This document shows positions 42,588-57,441 of a DNA stretch of 64,000 nt, piece after piece. The notes beneath the pieces are model-generated. The model was not told where the DNA came from. It saw nothing but the letters and a program-made list of their open reading frames with translations, and did not search any database. The position numbers and the translations under genes were made by a program. How positions within the stretch are numbered: the stretch's first letter is position 1; every line of letters starts with the position of its first letter. Origin of the DNA: Eledone cirrhosa (Eukaryota); contig OZ024741.1 of the NCBI GenBank assembly GCA_964016885.1, positions 197,470,001 to 197,534,000 on the forward strand, read 5' to 3'.

Positions 42588-42904
42588 AGATCAAAAGATG
42601 GTTAAAGGAGTTCCATGTATTTTATTATGCGCATTTCAAAAACAAACATCATCATGCAATAATATTTGTGTTTTCATCAGATAAAACAGGAGGACATGAT
42701 ATGAAGGCTAAAAAACACTTGTGGATAGTTCAGTTATATGTTGATTTAAAACTGCACTATCCACAAGTGTTTTTAACCTTCATATCATGTCTTCCTATTT
42801 TATCTGATGAAAACACAAATGTTATTGCATGATGATATTTGTTTTTGAAATGCGCATAATAAAATACATGGAACTCCTTTAACCATCTTTTGATCTTATA
42901 TATT
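42580..42904. repeat. Foldback (about 150-bp arms) in (TA)n carrying an HHR on both arms
   Basis: Reverse-complement arms with a spacer of about 26 nt. Confidence 0.92.
42796..42866 (+). ncRNA. Intact type I hammerhead ribozyme
   Basis: TATTTTAT-CTGATGA-stem II of about 16 bp-GAA-ATGCGCAT-A-ATAAAATA; perfect 8-bp stem I and palindromic stem III. Confidence 0.85.
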
Positions 42905-44149
42905 ATGTATACTCCAGTCCTACAAACTGTAGAGTGCTTCTTATCCGATATCTGCATTGCTTTATTGTACTACAATAAAACTCACCTCCTACATTATATA
43001 TATATATACATATACATATAGAAATATAGAAAGAGAGAGAAATAGAGGGAGTGAGCTCGACAGACAGATAGATAAATAGAAAGACAGATATACAATAGCG
43101 GTCAATTTACTAGCCTGTATGGTCAACGTTTGCGCCCCTTCCCTCTGCTCCTGTAAATATGTGCTGCTTCTATGTCATGGTTTCTCTAGATGACGAAGAC
43201 ACATAAATATGGCAACACCAAGACCCAACTTCGTAGACATCGATAACATATCAACGTAGGATAGGGAAGTATAGAATTGCGACTGGTCCTGCATATATTA
43301 CACGTTCCGTGTACCATCACGAGCGAGGAAATTACGGAAGTTCTGGTATTCCATATTTGCAAGTACGTGTGATACATCTGCCGCCGCACAACATATACTG
43401 CCGTCCGATTGTGGTTCCAATCAGTCCGATTTCTGTCCTACGCCTGAAGGCAAAGTAAAATAGGGCACCACAAGTGGCCAGCACTTCAAAGTTTATAGTG
43501 ACAATCAATTGTGCAACAAGGTTTGAAGCCATTAAATATGCAACAAGCTGAAACAAATTTACATAGTCAGTGACTACAAACACCGCATGTTCCATGTAAG
43601 AGTATCGGTGTCTCAAGTATATTTAAATAAATATGTTAATGCACATACAAGCACAAGCATATACCGTTGAAACTATTTAGTTTATTCACCCATTGAAGCC
43701 ACAGAGTCCAAAGATCACCTTCATTGCTAAGCATGTTTGATGGAGTTTTATCTTTTCAACCAACAGTGTGTCCAAACATCACCTTCCTCACTTAGTAAGC
43801 TTGATGGTATTATCAATTTACTCACTGATGACTTGATTATGCATCACAAAACACACTTGCGTGCCAACACCAGAGAAAATATTTGGTGTTTATTACAGTG
43901 TGTATTACTGTATTCTCAATAATTAATAATTTAAAAGATTTTTAACAAATATTTTGATTTTAGGCGACTAAAGGATATTTAATTTTAAATGTTTGTTAAT
44001 GATGAAACTATTAAAAAATGAAAAAAGTAAGTAGAGTGTTTTATATAGGTGCCATATAAGCATGCATGCATGTATGTATGTATGTATGTATGTATGTATG
44101 TATGTATGTATGTATGTATGTATGTATGTATGTATGTATGTATGTATGT

Positions 44150-45255
44150 ATTATGTTCTTTTGGTTTTATAATTTTACAAATTTTTGCCAATAGAGAGAG
44201 AGTCGGTTTTTAACATAGACACAAGACTCTCTCATTGGAATTAACACATCAACTAGATATGTCTGCATTTCTGCATGCAGATATGGATGTTATTGTATGT
44301 GTGGATGTGTATGTTTTGAGTTGTATGTGTGCATGTGTATATGCTTAGTATCTGTACATGTGTATATGCAGTTATTAGATGCACAATTATTTTTGGAATG
44401 TTTTACATATTTTTACTGTTCCATTAATGGATTGTATTTGTAATTACCTAACTAGTTGTGTTCTTTCTGTTCTTGTGAAGCCCAGCTTCTCAAGATTTGT
44501 ATTGAGGCAGTTACTAACATACCCCAGTGCCCCAATAATTACAGGCATAAATCTGAAGATATAATGAGGGTGGAGTATCTGCAGATTTCTCATCAGTTCT
44601 GCATAAATATTCTCCTTTTCGCTAATCTTTGATATATTGGCATCTGCTGGACAGCTAATTTCCACTACTGTGTATGCCTTCTTATCCCTGTCCCATATCA
44701 TAATATCTGGTCTATTATGCCTGCATTTTATTGGGGTTTTTACTGGAACATTCCAGCAGTACTCTTTCATATTATGTATATGTATGTCTTCCACATTGCT
44801 GTAGCTTTTAATGTGTTTATTATCGGGGCTATCTTTTCTACGGGTTGCATTGTACAATATTTTGGCCACTACATCATGCACCATAGGTAGATAGTACCGC
44901 GATGACATCTTTGGACAGCTGCTAATAACATGAGTGACATCTTCGATGTTACTTCGGCAAAGTCTGCACTTGTTATCACATCTAGGTGTTTTGCCTGCAT
45001 CCCTATCTCTTTTGTGAATCAGGTATTTCGTGTTGATTTCCTGTTCTTGGATTGCAAAGACGTATCCTTCAAAGTGGAAGCCAATATAGCGTTTGTTGGT
45101 CAAAGATAGACTACTTTCCTTATCTATATTACTCTCACTCTGGAGCTTCCTGGCAACATTTCCATGCATGATTTTTTGCTGATAAGCATGCAGTTTTTCA
45201 TCGATGGATTCACTTCGATACTGCTGAGCAACTTCCCTGGGTGTGAGTTTTTGAT
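44150..45255 (-). mobile_element. R4/Dong-like LINE, 5'-truncated
   Basis: ORF 44444-45169 has the zinc knuckle and HNRPDIMIWD..VEISCP REL motif; 3' UTR matches 17880-18100; ends at (TATG)n. Confidence 0.92.
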
Positions 45256-45259
45256 TACG

Positions 45260-45870
45260 TATGTATGTTTTATAATCTCACAAATGTTTCCCCAATAGAG
45301 AGAGAGTCGGTTTCTAACATAGACACAACACTCTCTCATTAGAATTTACTCAATATCAACTAGGTAGATATGTATGCATGTGTCTGCAGGTATGGATGCT
45401 ATTGTATGTGTGGATGTGGATGTTTTGAGTTATATGTGTGCATGTATCTGTATATGTATACATGCAATTATTCGATGCAGAATTTTTGGAATGTTTTACA
45501 TATTTTTTACTGATAAATTAATGGATTGTACTTGTAATTTCCTAACTAGTCGTGGTCTTTCTATTTCTGTGAAGCCCAGCTTCTCAATATTTATTCTGAG
45601 ACAGTTACTAACACATCCTAGTGCCCCAATAGGTATAAATCTGAAGGTATAGTTAGTGTGGAGTATCTGTAGTTTTCTCATTAGTTCTGCATAGATATTC
45701 TTCTGTTCGTTAATCTTTAATATTATAATGGCATCTTCTGGCCATGGTTTCTTTTCCCTGTCCCATATCTTTATATCTGGTCTGTTATGCCTGCATTTTA
45801 TTGGGGCTTTGACTGGAACATTCCACCAGTACTCTTTCATATTATGTATCTGTATGACTTCCACTTCTCT
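45260..45870 (-). mobile_element. R4/Dong-like LINE, short 3' fragment
   Basis: ORF 45496-45873 with HNRPDIKIWD; same 3' UTR. Confidence 0.88.
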
Positions 45871-46094
45871 CATATTGTTTGTAGCAATTCCTTGTACAAC
45901 GAATTATATATTTAGTCGGATATCTAGAATTCGAATAAAAGGTGTCTTCAGTAGATATAGTTAGAATAATATCCAGCTATTGAACACGACGGATATCTGT
46001 GGCACTACTGTCGGAGATAGTATTCGTCTTAAATTTAATGAATAGTCTCCCACGCCAAAATGAGCGACTGATCGCGTTGACTAATGAATAAGCA

Positions 46095-47350
46095 GCTGAA
46101 AAGAAAAATGTTTGGTGTGTGCTGAACAACTCCTAATTAACAAAACTGCGATATCAGAGGTGTGACAACTTAGGAGAAATATGACTACAGTCTGGCTGGA
46201 CTACAAGAAATTATTTGATTCTGTTCCCCACTCTTGGATGATAGAGGCCCAACATGCTAAAATCCCAGACATTATCAGATCCATTGAGAAGCTGTCTTCT
46301 TGGGCTACTATCCGGAAGTTAAAAACAGAGAAGGAGGACTCTATTTTCACTGATAGGTTAGAATATCACAGGAGTATATTTCAAGGAGAGAGTCTCTCTG
46401 TGATACTATTTATCTTGTCATTAAACCCCTTGTCCTTTCTGCTCAAGAAATGTGAAGGATACATCATTGGCTCACAGGAGGACAGAAATATTAACTAAAC
46501 CCATAATTTCTTTGTGGGTGACCTGAAACTCTATACCAAGAACATAAATGGGATGAAGAAAAATCTTGACCTGGTTACAACGTCCTCAAAGGATATAGGA
46601 ATGGAGATAAATGTTCATATATGACTGTAAAGCGGGGAAAACTACAACCGAATTTAGCAACATTTTTATAAATGACCTACCGGTAACTGTTTCACCGATA
46701 TCCGACGAGAACTGCTACAGATGCCTCGGGATAGATGAGAATATGTCCTATAATGGTATTTGCAATAAGGAACGCGAACCAAGAAATATTACACTCAATT
46801 AAGATCAATATGGTCATCGGAACTCTCTGCGCCAATAAAACAGTGGCTCAGAATGTGTTTGAGGTGCCTGTCCTAACACCAACGTTCGGAATACTCGAGT
46901 GGATGATAGACGAAATCCGAGCAATTGATGTTAAAACCCGAAAAATTCTAAACAACACCGGAAACTTCCATATCAACAGTAACATAGACCGCCTCTACTT
47001 GAAACCTAAGCAGGGAGGCAGAGGCCTAACTCGGTTCAGGCAGCCTTTATGTGTCGCATCATATCCCTCCGACAATATTTACAAACCTCCAAGCGAAGGA
47101 GTCCATCTATTGAGCAAGTCTATCTGCATGAGACAGATAAGATTACGAGAGTTGGGAAGGAACTCCTTGAAATATACTCCCTGCGTGATAATAAAAACAC
47201 TCAGACCCAGGGAAATTGCCCAGCAATACCGCAGCGAATACATGGATGAAAAACTTCATGACTATCAGCAAAACATCATGCATGGATATGTTACCAGGAA
47301 GCTCCAGAGTGAGGGCAATATAGATAAGCAAAGTAGTCTATCTTGGACCT
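46095..47350 (+). mobile_element. R4/Dong-like LINE RT fragment, opposite orientation
   Basis: WLDYKKLFDSVPH, IFQGESLS and IDRLYLKPKQGGRGL. Confidence 0.9.
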
Positions 47351-48474
47351 AACTAATAAAGAAAATAATATTTTAATGGAAACAGTGGATTAAATAATGA
47401 CATGTACTCTTTTACAGCTCCTCCCAGCACTAACGGCCATTTTATCTATAATAAAAATACTTCTTAAAGATAAGAAAAATATTGTGATTAAAAAGGATAG
47501 TATTAAGTTAGTGTTAACATCTGTAATACTAAGCATAAAACTGAAGGTAATAATCATAATGATTATAATTCTAATCACATTAAGGATACACTTATTACTA
47601 ACAAAAATAAAAAGAATAGAAGAAGTCTTAATTCATATTTTAATCCACCTTTCAACTTAAATGGTTCTACTAATATACCTACAGCAGAGGTTCTCAACCT
47701 TTTTTTCGCCGTGGACCACCAAAATAAGTAATTTTTTCCTGTGGACCATCTAAACCTTTAAATCTTTTGTAATAGAACTGCTACTTATAAGCATCAGTAG
47801 ATGTTTTTTTTTCAATGAATTAGAAAATGCTATTAACATGTCGCAGTGCCTAAAAATCTACGCAAATAAATAGCTGAAGTCGTACTTATGCGAAGAATAA
47901 GAACAGCGCTTTAAGTCAAATGCATGGATCAAAAAAGAATTTGCTATTGCTCCAAGCAACGCATAACTTATTCGTTATTAATTTGAATTTTTTAGATTTC
48001 ATATCTCAGCGACAAATATGAAGCATTGATGTTGAGAATAAGTTTCTACTTCTAATTGGTAAGATCGATTTGATTGGTCAATACCATTTTCACTTTGCAA
48101 TGAAAGTTCCTTTTTTGTTCCCCTAAGGGGCATGTTTTAAGCACCAAGACGACAGAGAACAAATAAATGAGAACACCAATAAGAAAACTAATTTGAAAAT
48201 GTATATTTTTTCAATAAAGCTTTATTTGATAGAATCGAGTAGAAAAAGGTTACTGAGTCCTGGAAAATACTCCCTATCATTCAGATGAACTGGAAAGCTG
48301 TACAGTTTAAATATGATAATGTGTAGGGTAAGTTAAAAAAATGCGAAGATTTAAGTTGGGATCAATACAAAAGGTCGTGTAAACGTTTGAGGGAATACAA
48401 CAAATTGAATTGAATTAAAAATGTCAACGACAACACAATTACGCCAAGTCATCAGACAACACATCAAAAAACTG

Positions 48475-50076
48475 TCAATGAGACTCTTGTGCTTGTTTTT
48501 GATCCACAAGTTTAGAAATCCTCGGCTCTATGTGGCTCAAGCGAAGTCTCAAATCGGCAAGTTTGTCGAGGATCAAACGCCTCCACTGCTTTGTGTATGT
48601 GTGGAGGACAATGGAAAATCCCTTTTCAGCCAAGTAAGATGGGAGATTTATTATGAAAGGCTCGACTTGTTCAAACAGCTTTGGATATTCTTGACAATGC
48701 TTCAACCAAGCATCGACCCAGTTAGTTTCAGAAAATTTACGCAGATTATCATCTACCGTCGCCTCTGGTTGAACAAGTATGTCGTTCATAGACATTGTGT
48801 GAAGAGAATCCACAAAAATTGGGATATTTAAAGCCAAAAGATCTTCAAAACGATTATTGAAATTTTCGTAAAGGAAAGATAGATGCTCGATTATAGATTT
48901 GTGCAAGTCATTATCTACCACAACAGTTTTTAAGCTCTCGAACTGCGAAAAGTTATGATCTTCAATTTGAATTTTCCATAGAACGAGCTTATTCATGAAA
49001 GCCCTTATCAAGTGTTTGGCACGTACAACGTTGATGTTCTGCTTTTTCAAAGAAAGGTTGAGATCATTTAGTTTTTGAAAGATCTCATGTAAGTATAAAA
49101 TTGCGGGTTTTTTCTCAGAAAGTGATGCTATCATAATTGGATCAGTCTGTTGAAGAACTTCTATGACTTTATCGAAGAGTGCAGCAAAAGGTCCAAGGCA
49201 GCTTCCCATTGATAGCCAGCGTATATCTGTCGAATACAACAGACGGTTGAACGTTTCATCTTTACAAGCTTCTTTGAAAAGCCTGTCCCAAAGACCAGAT
49301 CTTTTGATCTTGTTTACTGCGGAATCAATTATGTTAAGGATTTCAGAGAAGGTATAACTTCCGATTGTTTTTGCTATTAAATTTTCTCGATGGAGTAGGC
49401 AATGAGTTGTGAAGATGTGATTAAATTCTCTCCATCTTGCAACAAAACTCTGGGATTTTCCAACCATAGAGACTGCTCCATCAGTGCATATTGATATGAT
49501 GTTGAGGGGATCAATGTAATTTTTAGTGAGAAAATCCATGACTGCATTGTAGATCATCTCTCCAGTGTTTTTCAGTGCAGTTGTCATAAAAAGTAGGTTT
49601 TCACAAATCGTGGCCCCTTTTACATAGCGAGCAAAAGCAAGCACAACACATTGATTGTCAAAAGTGCTGTCATCCACAGTCAACGAAAATCTGCACTGTC
49701 GCAATTCTTCTACAACTGTAGATTTGACATCTTCAGCCATTTCAGAAATGCGGGAAGATACCGTGCTGTTGGAAAGTAGAATAGTTGCTAAAACTGAGGC
49801 AGCGTTCGACATATTAGCAACTTTATATCCTTCAAGTATTGAGGGACTAATCAGGTCTTCGCCAATGGTATGTGGGCGACCCTGTTTTGCTATCATGAGC
49901 GAAATGTTGTAGGACGCTTGCAGACCAGAACTGTTGTTAGCATGGGATAGGAAAATTTCCAGTGATACAGATGACGCTTTTTTGTTGCGAAGATATTCTT
50001 CGAAGTACTTCTTAGGCTTGCCATATAAATCGGGATGGACTTGTTTTTGATGATACAATAATTTCAAAGGTTTCAT
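48475..50076 (-). CDS. hAT (Buster/ZBED8-SCAND3-like) transposase; N-terminus interrupted by a SINE
   Basis: 533-aa ORF with PHTIGEDLI, FSLTVDDST, ICTDGAVSM, THCLLHRENL, RWLS and SYLAEKGFS. Confidence 0.88.
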   Translation of the reverse strand: MKPLKLLYHQKQVHPDLYGKPKKYFEEYLRNKKASSVSLEIFLSHANNSSGLQASYNISLMIAKQGRPHTIGEDLISPSILEGYKVANMSNAASVLATILLSNSTVSSRISEMAEDVKSTVVEELRQCRFSLTVDDSTFDNQCVVLAFARYVKGATICENLLFMTTALKNTGEMIYNAVMDFLTKNYIDPLNIISICTDGAVSMVGKSQSFVARWREFNHIFTTHCLLHRENLIAKTIGSYTFSEILNIIDSAVNKIKRSGLWDRLFKEACKDETFNRLLYSTDIRWLSMGSCLGPFAALFDKVIEVLQQTDPIMIASLSEKKPAILYLHEIFQKLNDLNLSLKKQNINVVRAKHLIRAFMNKLVLWKIQIEDHNFSQFESLKTVVVDNDLHKSIIEHLSFLYENFNNRFEDLLALNIPIFVDSLHTMSMNDILVQPEATVDDNLRKFSETNWVDAWLKHCQEYPKLFEQVEPFIINLPSYLAEKGFSIVLHTYTKQWRRLILDKLADLRLRLSHIEPRISKLVDQKQAQESH

Positions 50077-50160
50077 TGAGTCGTTAGTTAATATTTTTGA
50101 CCAGATGATATACTGTGGTAATGAAGGATCTTCTGCGCTGGATAAAAAACCATATCTGAT

Positions 50161-50332
50161 TTAATTGTTTCTACTTTAGGCACAAGGCCAGCAATTACCC
50201 AGTACATTCCTGGTACTTTATTTTATCGACCCCGTAAGGATGAAAGGCAAAGTTAACCTCGGCGGGATTTGAACTCAGACTGTAAAGGGACGTAACTATG
50301 ATAGAAAGCATGGCGTCTAACCCTCTACCGAT
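50161..50332 (-). mobile_element. SINE nested in the hAT transposase 5' region
   Basis: 13-bp TSD aaccatatctgat at 50148-50160 and 50333-50345. Confidence 0.92.
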
Positions 50333-52943
50333 AACCATATCTGATATAATATGAGTTATATCGTCTACAAAATCGTTTTTCCGATTCTGTGAACGAAGAA
50401 TTTAGAGAACGTTTTTCCATATCACTGACAACAAAATTTCTACAGACTACAATTAGACTAACACTTGCGTAAAAATGTACGTACCTGGAGAGATAATATG
50501 TTATGTTGGGTAAGCTGTAAGAACTGCTGTTTCGCTAGTAATCCTCAATTCAAAAGTCAGGCAGGAAACACGATCGTATCGACCGGCCGAGGACGCGATT
50601 TGTTGTGTGTTTTTATGCGCGCTAACGTCTGTACGCGTCTGTACTTGTCTGGTACGCGTCCGTGTATGATTGGATAGCTAATCGTCTAATAGGAAAGGCG
50701 TGCTCTCAATTGTACTCACAGGTGCGAGGTGTGATGAGGCATGTTTCGTTTGTGTGACGTGTGCGTGTACGGAAGAATTTAAATTTTTCAGGTGGTCCAC
50801 AGAAAATTTTCTGTGGACCACCTGAATTTTCTTGTGGACCACTAGTGGTCCACATGGACCAGGTTTAGAACCCCTGACCTACAGTATTCTGCTCTATTAT
50901 TGAAAACAATTTCCCACTTAATCACAAATACCATAATTTAATTAATTAATAAAAATACCATTAAAATCTCTTATTCAATGATATCTAACATTGCTAATCA
51001 CATAGCGAGTAGTAATAACAAGAACATTAATAAATATTTTACTTCTTTCAACTTGAATAATAATTCACAACCAGTAGATACGCTTAACAATATTGTACCT
51101 AATAATACTAGTAACAGTCTCACAATAATTTAATATCTAGGACTTATAGGAATATTAATAACAATTTTAGTACTCATATATCTAATTCTAATAACTCTTC
51201 ACAAAACTTCTTCACAAAACTTCTTAATCAATAACTATAACTGTAATTGTAGACCTTATAATGTATGCTCTCTTAATGGAAATTGCCTTGTTAAGAATAT
51301 TGTTTATTCCTGTACAGTCACTACTTCTACAAACTCCAAAACCTATATCGCTTCTACTTCGAATAGTTTTAAGACGAGGTATAATTCCCATCTTCATACT
51401 TTCAAGAACTCTCAGCTTAAGCATGCAACTTCTTTATCTAGTTTTATATCATTTTTGAAGAGTAATAATACGCCTTACACCCTGACCTGGAATGTGATTG
51501 CCAAAACCTCTTCTTATAAACCTCCCAATAAAATATATAACCTTTGCCTTCTTGAGTCTCATACTATTATTTATTCTAAACTAAATTTATTAAATAGGAA
51601 ATCTGAAATCTTTTCCATTTCTCCGCATATTAATCACCATTCTTTTTACTATTTTAGACCTAGTAACAAATTTATATCAATGTAGATTTATACCTTTTTG
51701 TTCAGTAATATTAGTATCATTGTATAATTAAACCGAAAAAAAAAATTATATGTTTAACTACTATATAGTGTTAACCATTCTTCTCACATTTCCTCTCTGG
51801 TCCCTTCTATTGTGATTTCAATTTATTATAACCACCCCTTATATTTAGGCAAATTATTATTACATTGTTTCCAAACAAGCTCCACCTATATTTATTTTGC
51901 TAATATTATATATAACAACCATTGTTTCATACTTTATTTTTTTTAGAAGTATCTTTTCAATACTTGTATAATTAACTAATATAATTTTTTTATCCTTTAT
52001 TGCTTAACATTTCTTTAATAATTAGCATTTTAGTATACATAGTTAATTCTTTTTATCTGTATTTTGTAAACTTATTATTTTTTAAAATTCTTTTGTTCTA
52101 CAATCATATAGACCTAAGAAAATGTTTAAAGTCGATAGATCTTTACATAGTAAATTTTTCTATTTTTCCTTGTTAATATACAGTAACTCTCTAATATATA
52201 GAAAGACTTACATGAATTACCTCCTCTACATTTATCTTTATTTCCTATAAACGGTTTTAAGGATTAATTTTTTAAAATTCCATGCTAAGATGGGTTTTTT
52301 TATGCTTAAGGATATATGACTTTGCCTCCTCTATTCGAATATATGATTCTTTCGGATGATCTGTCTTGATAACACTTCAATCTATATTTGATTTTTTACT
52401 TTGATAATTCTATTTACTCAACATTAACTCTTTTGGATGGTTTGGAGAAAAATAATTATTATTATGACTGAATTACGTAGTCGAATTTTTTTAAAATGCT
52501 TAATTAAAAAGATTTTTGGGAAGTATGTTTTAAATTTATATTTTAATTGCATGCCTTCTCTTATTAACTTTATTAATTTCCTTTACTGCTTATGATATAT
52601 GTTTTCCACTGTACTTAACTTTTCTGTTGCAGTATATTTTATAATTTATCTGTAGCAACATGTTTTTTAATTTTTTTAATATTTGATGCTTTTATCTGCT
52701 TCTAATTTCTATTGCATTTATGTGCTCCTATTCTTCTTATGCCTCTGTTATCTTATATCTTATACAAATGTTGATACTTAAGCTTATCTAGCCTCCCATA
52801 TTATGTATCCTCCTAATGTTCTTGGGACAAACTTTTGATATTATATTTGTGTTTTAATCTTTATTATATAGTCCGATGAATCCGGCCTTGTGCTAGGATT
52901 AAACGATCGTAAGTGATTAAATGTTTTAAACACTCTTTGATTG

Positions 52944-53025
<82 letters not shown>

Positions 53026-54071
53026 CATCTTATATAAAATCACCGAGGGGTAGATTCCAGTAAAGTAATCTAAAACAAGAAAACTTCACAAGCATCTTAC
53101 TCTAGGGGTAGAATCTAAGTTAACAACCTAAAACTAGAAAGCTTCACTAAGTTCCCCTTACTGCAGTTTCCAAGACCCAGAAACAGAACTGACCATCCTA
53201 ATAGATTGGGACAGTCCATCTTGCCAGAAAATCCTTTCATCAGAGAGGTTCTGTTATAGTATAAGAAAAAAATATATAAACCTGTTAATGAACTGTCCAT
53301 ATTCGCCGAACCACCCGTGTAGATCGACCAACAATTATCACGGACAAAGTGATGAGTTTAAATTGCCACTAGAAATAGCAGCTAATATAAACCGTCGATC
53401 GACTCAACATTGAAGGAGCAGCAAATATCATACATAAGTAAATTTGTCGCCAATATACATAACATCTCAATGAAAAGCATATACACATGGAACATCTTAT
53501 TCATACAGTAAATACTTTATTTTATACATCTAGATTTAATGTACTATTCCTAACTCTAAAATACTATTTTTACTTCTGCTGTTTGAATGTTTTGTATATC
53601 TATATCCTTATATATTTACTTATTCTAGTTTATTTTTCTATCGTGCTATTCCATCTTTAGGTGAGAAGAGCTATATTTCCGGTAGTTTGTACACTCATAT
53701 CACTTGTGAATAATTATCAGCACATATATTGTATAGCAAATATCAATTTTTTTAAAGTAATGTAAGAGTAAGTGTGTTTTTAGGAACATTTTATAAATAT
53801 GGATATAATTCGTAAATATTAATGTGTGAACTTGCGTATTGAATTCTTCGTTTACATTATTGTTGTATGTACTTTGATTTCATGCATTTGGTATGTTGTT
53901 GAGACATTTATATGCGTTTGCGTCTGTCTTGAATTATTGTTTCGAGTTTTACTATTTCGAAACTCTATTCTTCTTCTTCTTATCATAGGTAAGGTTTGGC
54001 ACGAATACCGAATTGAAGATAGCGAGTTTGGCTTTTACACCCATCCCCTTCTTCTGATTACTGAATGCCGA

Positions 54072-54470
54072 AGCTGGCGCATTACTGCACCAACTTCTGC
54101 AAATCTTGCACTTACCTCAGTTTCATGCCTTCCATCACTTGTGAACACAGTCCCCTAATACTTGGACTTCTCTCTATGCTTTAGTGTAACTCCATTCACA
54201 TGTACAGTGCACTGCGCAGGCTTCCTTGAGAGAATGAATGTCCCAGATTTCGCAGCCATGCAACACTCGGCAACAATCCTATCAAGTGCATTCCAGCCAT
54301 GCAACACTCAGCATCAATCCTATCAAGTGCAAATCGGAGATCACCTTCTGTTGAGTTAAGTTACAACATGTCGTCTGCAATTTCCAGCCGACTGATTTTA
54401 CACCTGGCTGTCATGATACCACTTCCAACCTGGTTGTGCATGTCAATCCTCTTCCAGAAATAATTTAAAA
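54072..54470 (-). mobile_element. RTE-like LINE RT fragment
   Basis: ADDM.., ALDRIVAEC and KY*GTVFTSDG..EVSARF. Confidence 0.65.
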
Positions 54471-54809
54471 TAGATAACTTACATCGTTCTTCTCCGGTGC
54501 CTTTATTCCCGACTGTGCATCGATAAATTGGTAATTTCATAATGTCTTTTTCCTCGTTAACGCAGAATTGGTAAACCTATATTTTATAATGTATACCTTG
54601 TAAATTATTTATATAACTTACTCTACTATGAGTAATTTATTTTGCTTTTTTATTATATGTACTTTTAATGCTTTTTACATGGGCAATCTTTGCTACTTAA
54701 TATCAATATAAATTGTCAAAATATGTTTCACAACTTTTTATCGTTTTGTAGATAATCTGATATATAAAATCAGTATATATATGTATGAGATGAAAGAATG
54801 GTATTTAAC

Positions 54810-55236
54810 TAATGTAATGGCGGACAGAATGGAGAACGTGTTTCCCCGGAGGACGGCAAGAGAGACGCGCTGGAAAAGCCACTCCAACTCGCGGGGCTCA
54901 CACCTACGGCTGGCCAGCTCAGCGCCTATGGTGGTGAGTAAGGAGGTAGCCCTGGGGCCGAGGACACCAGAAGTTTCCACTGCCAGGGGAACGACCGCAA
55001 ACCTGTCGGAGAGCGACCGGTATTTGAGGATTTTGGCCCCCTCAGCATGATGTGCAGCAGAACCTGGGTCAGTCGCAGACTGCACCAGGTTGCGGCTGCA
55101 GAAAGTGTCGGTGCAAGTGGCATCCCAGACGAGGGGTTTGCCACCGCGGAACGGGAAGATGGTCATGCCATCTGGCCTTTTGCCGTCCCCTCGATCCAGC
55201 CCCATCGGGTCGAACTGGGAAGGGAAGTCTGCAGCG
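54810..55236 (-). mobile_element. CRE-clade non-LTR retrotransposon 3' fragment (REL endonuclease)
   Basis: GC-rich; RGDGKRPDGMTIFPF..GKPLVWDATC, K..KY, PLAVETSGVLG and LFQRVSLAVLRGN. Confidence 0.85.
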
Positions 55237-55775
55237 TCCAATCATTCTATTTTATATTGGTAAAACAATCATTATCAATGTTAATTGTGATTCGTATCAG
55301 TGAATATTTCCACTTATGATTCAATTCATATATATATGTATGTATGTGTGTGTGTGTGTCTATGTGTGAATATTACAATATTCATATATTAATTAATTAG
55401 AAGAACACTATACGGTGATAGGCCAACTTACGGGCGTATGATTGTATAAGTAGACACAAATTCTAACTTCATTATAAAATGTAGACATTGTGTTTAAATC
55501 ACAGGTTTTTTTCTGAAAAGCAAATTTATATGATTAGTTTTAGCTTTTATCAATTCTTCATCAGAGAACATTCAATCATATCGGAGAGCATGGTAATTTA
55601 TATAGTACTATATCTCCAACTGTCTCATTTTCATGAGAATGAAAGATGTGGATATGATAAGTAAGAGTGCAGAGTACATTCACGGGCGTTTATATATATA
55701 TATTCTTCTCTTAGGTTTAATATTTTCTACGAATTTCAAAACTACCCAACGCTCCGCGATAGTTTATATACAGTG

Positions 55776-55861
<86 letters not shown>

Positions 55862-55876
55862 TATATATATAATATA

Positions 55877-56017
<141 letters not shown>

Positions 56018-56051
56018 CTCTTTTACCTGTTTCAACCATCCGGCTGAGGCC

Positions 56052-57436
<1,385 letters not shown>

Positions 57437-57441
<5 letters not shown>

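Larger units (their letters stand above)
47685..50876 (-). mobile_element. Complete Buster/Charlie-type hAT DNA transposon (3192 bp)
   Basis: TIRs cagaggttctcaacc / ggtttagaacccctg; 8-bp TSD acctacag (NNNTANNN); subterminal gtggaccac repeats. Confidence 0.95.
47352..52945 (+). mobile_element. AT-rich Naiad-like PLE split by the hAT insertion (47352-47684 and 50885-52945), with a degenerate HHR at 52873-52911
   Basis: YFNPPFN | ENNFPLNHKYH..NTIKISYS, CNCRPYNVC, YTLTWNVIAK..NLCLLES..LLNRKSE. Confidence 0.8.

Noticed and set aside
43170-43470. Moderately GC-rich segment resembling a retroelement ORF1 or an exon
   Set aside because: Frames are broken and there is no diagnostic motif.
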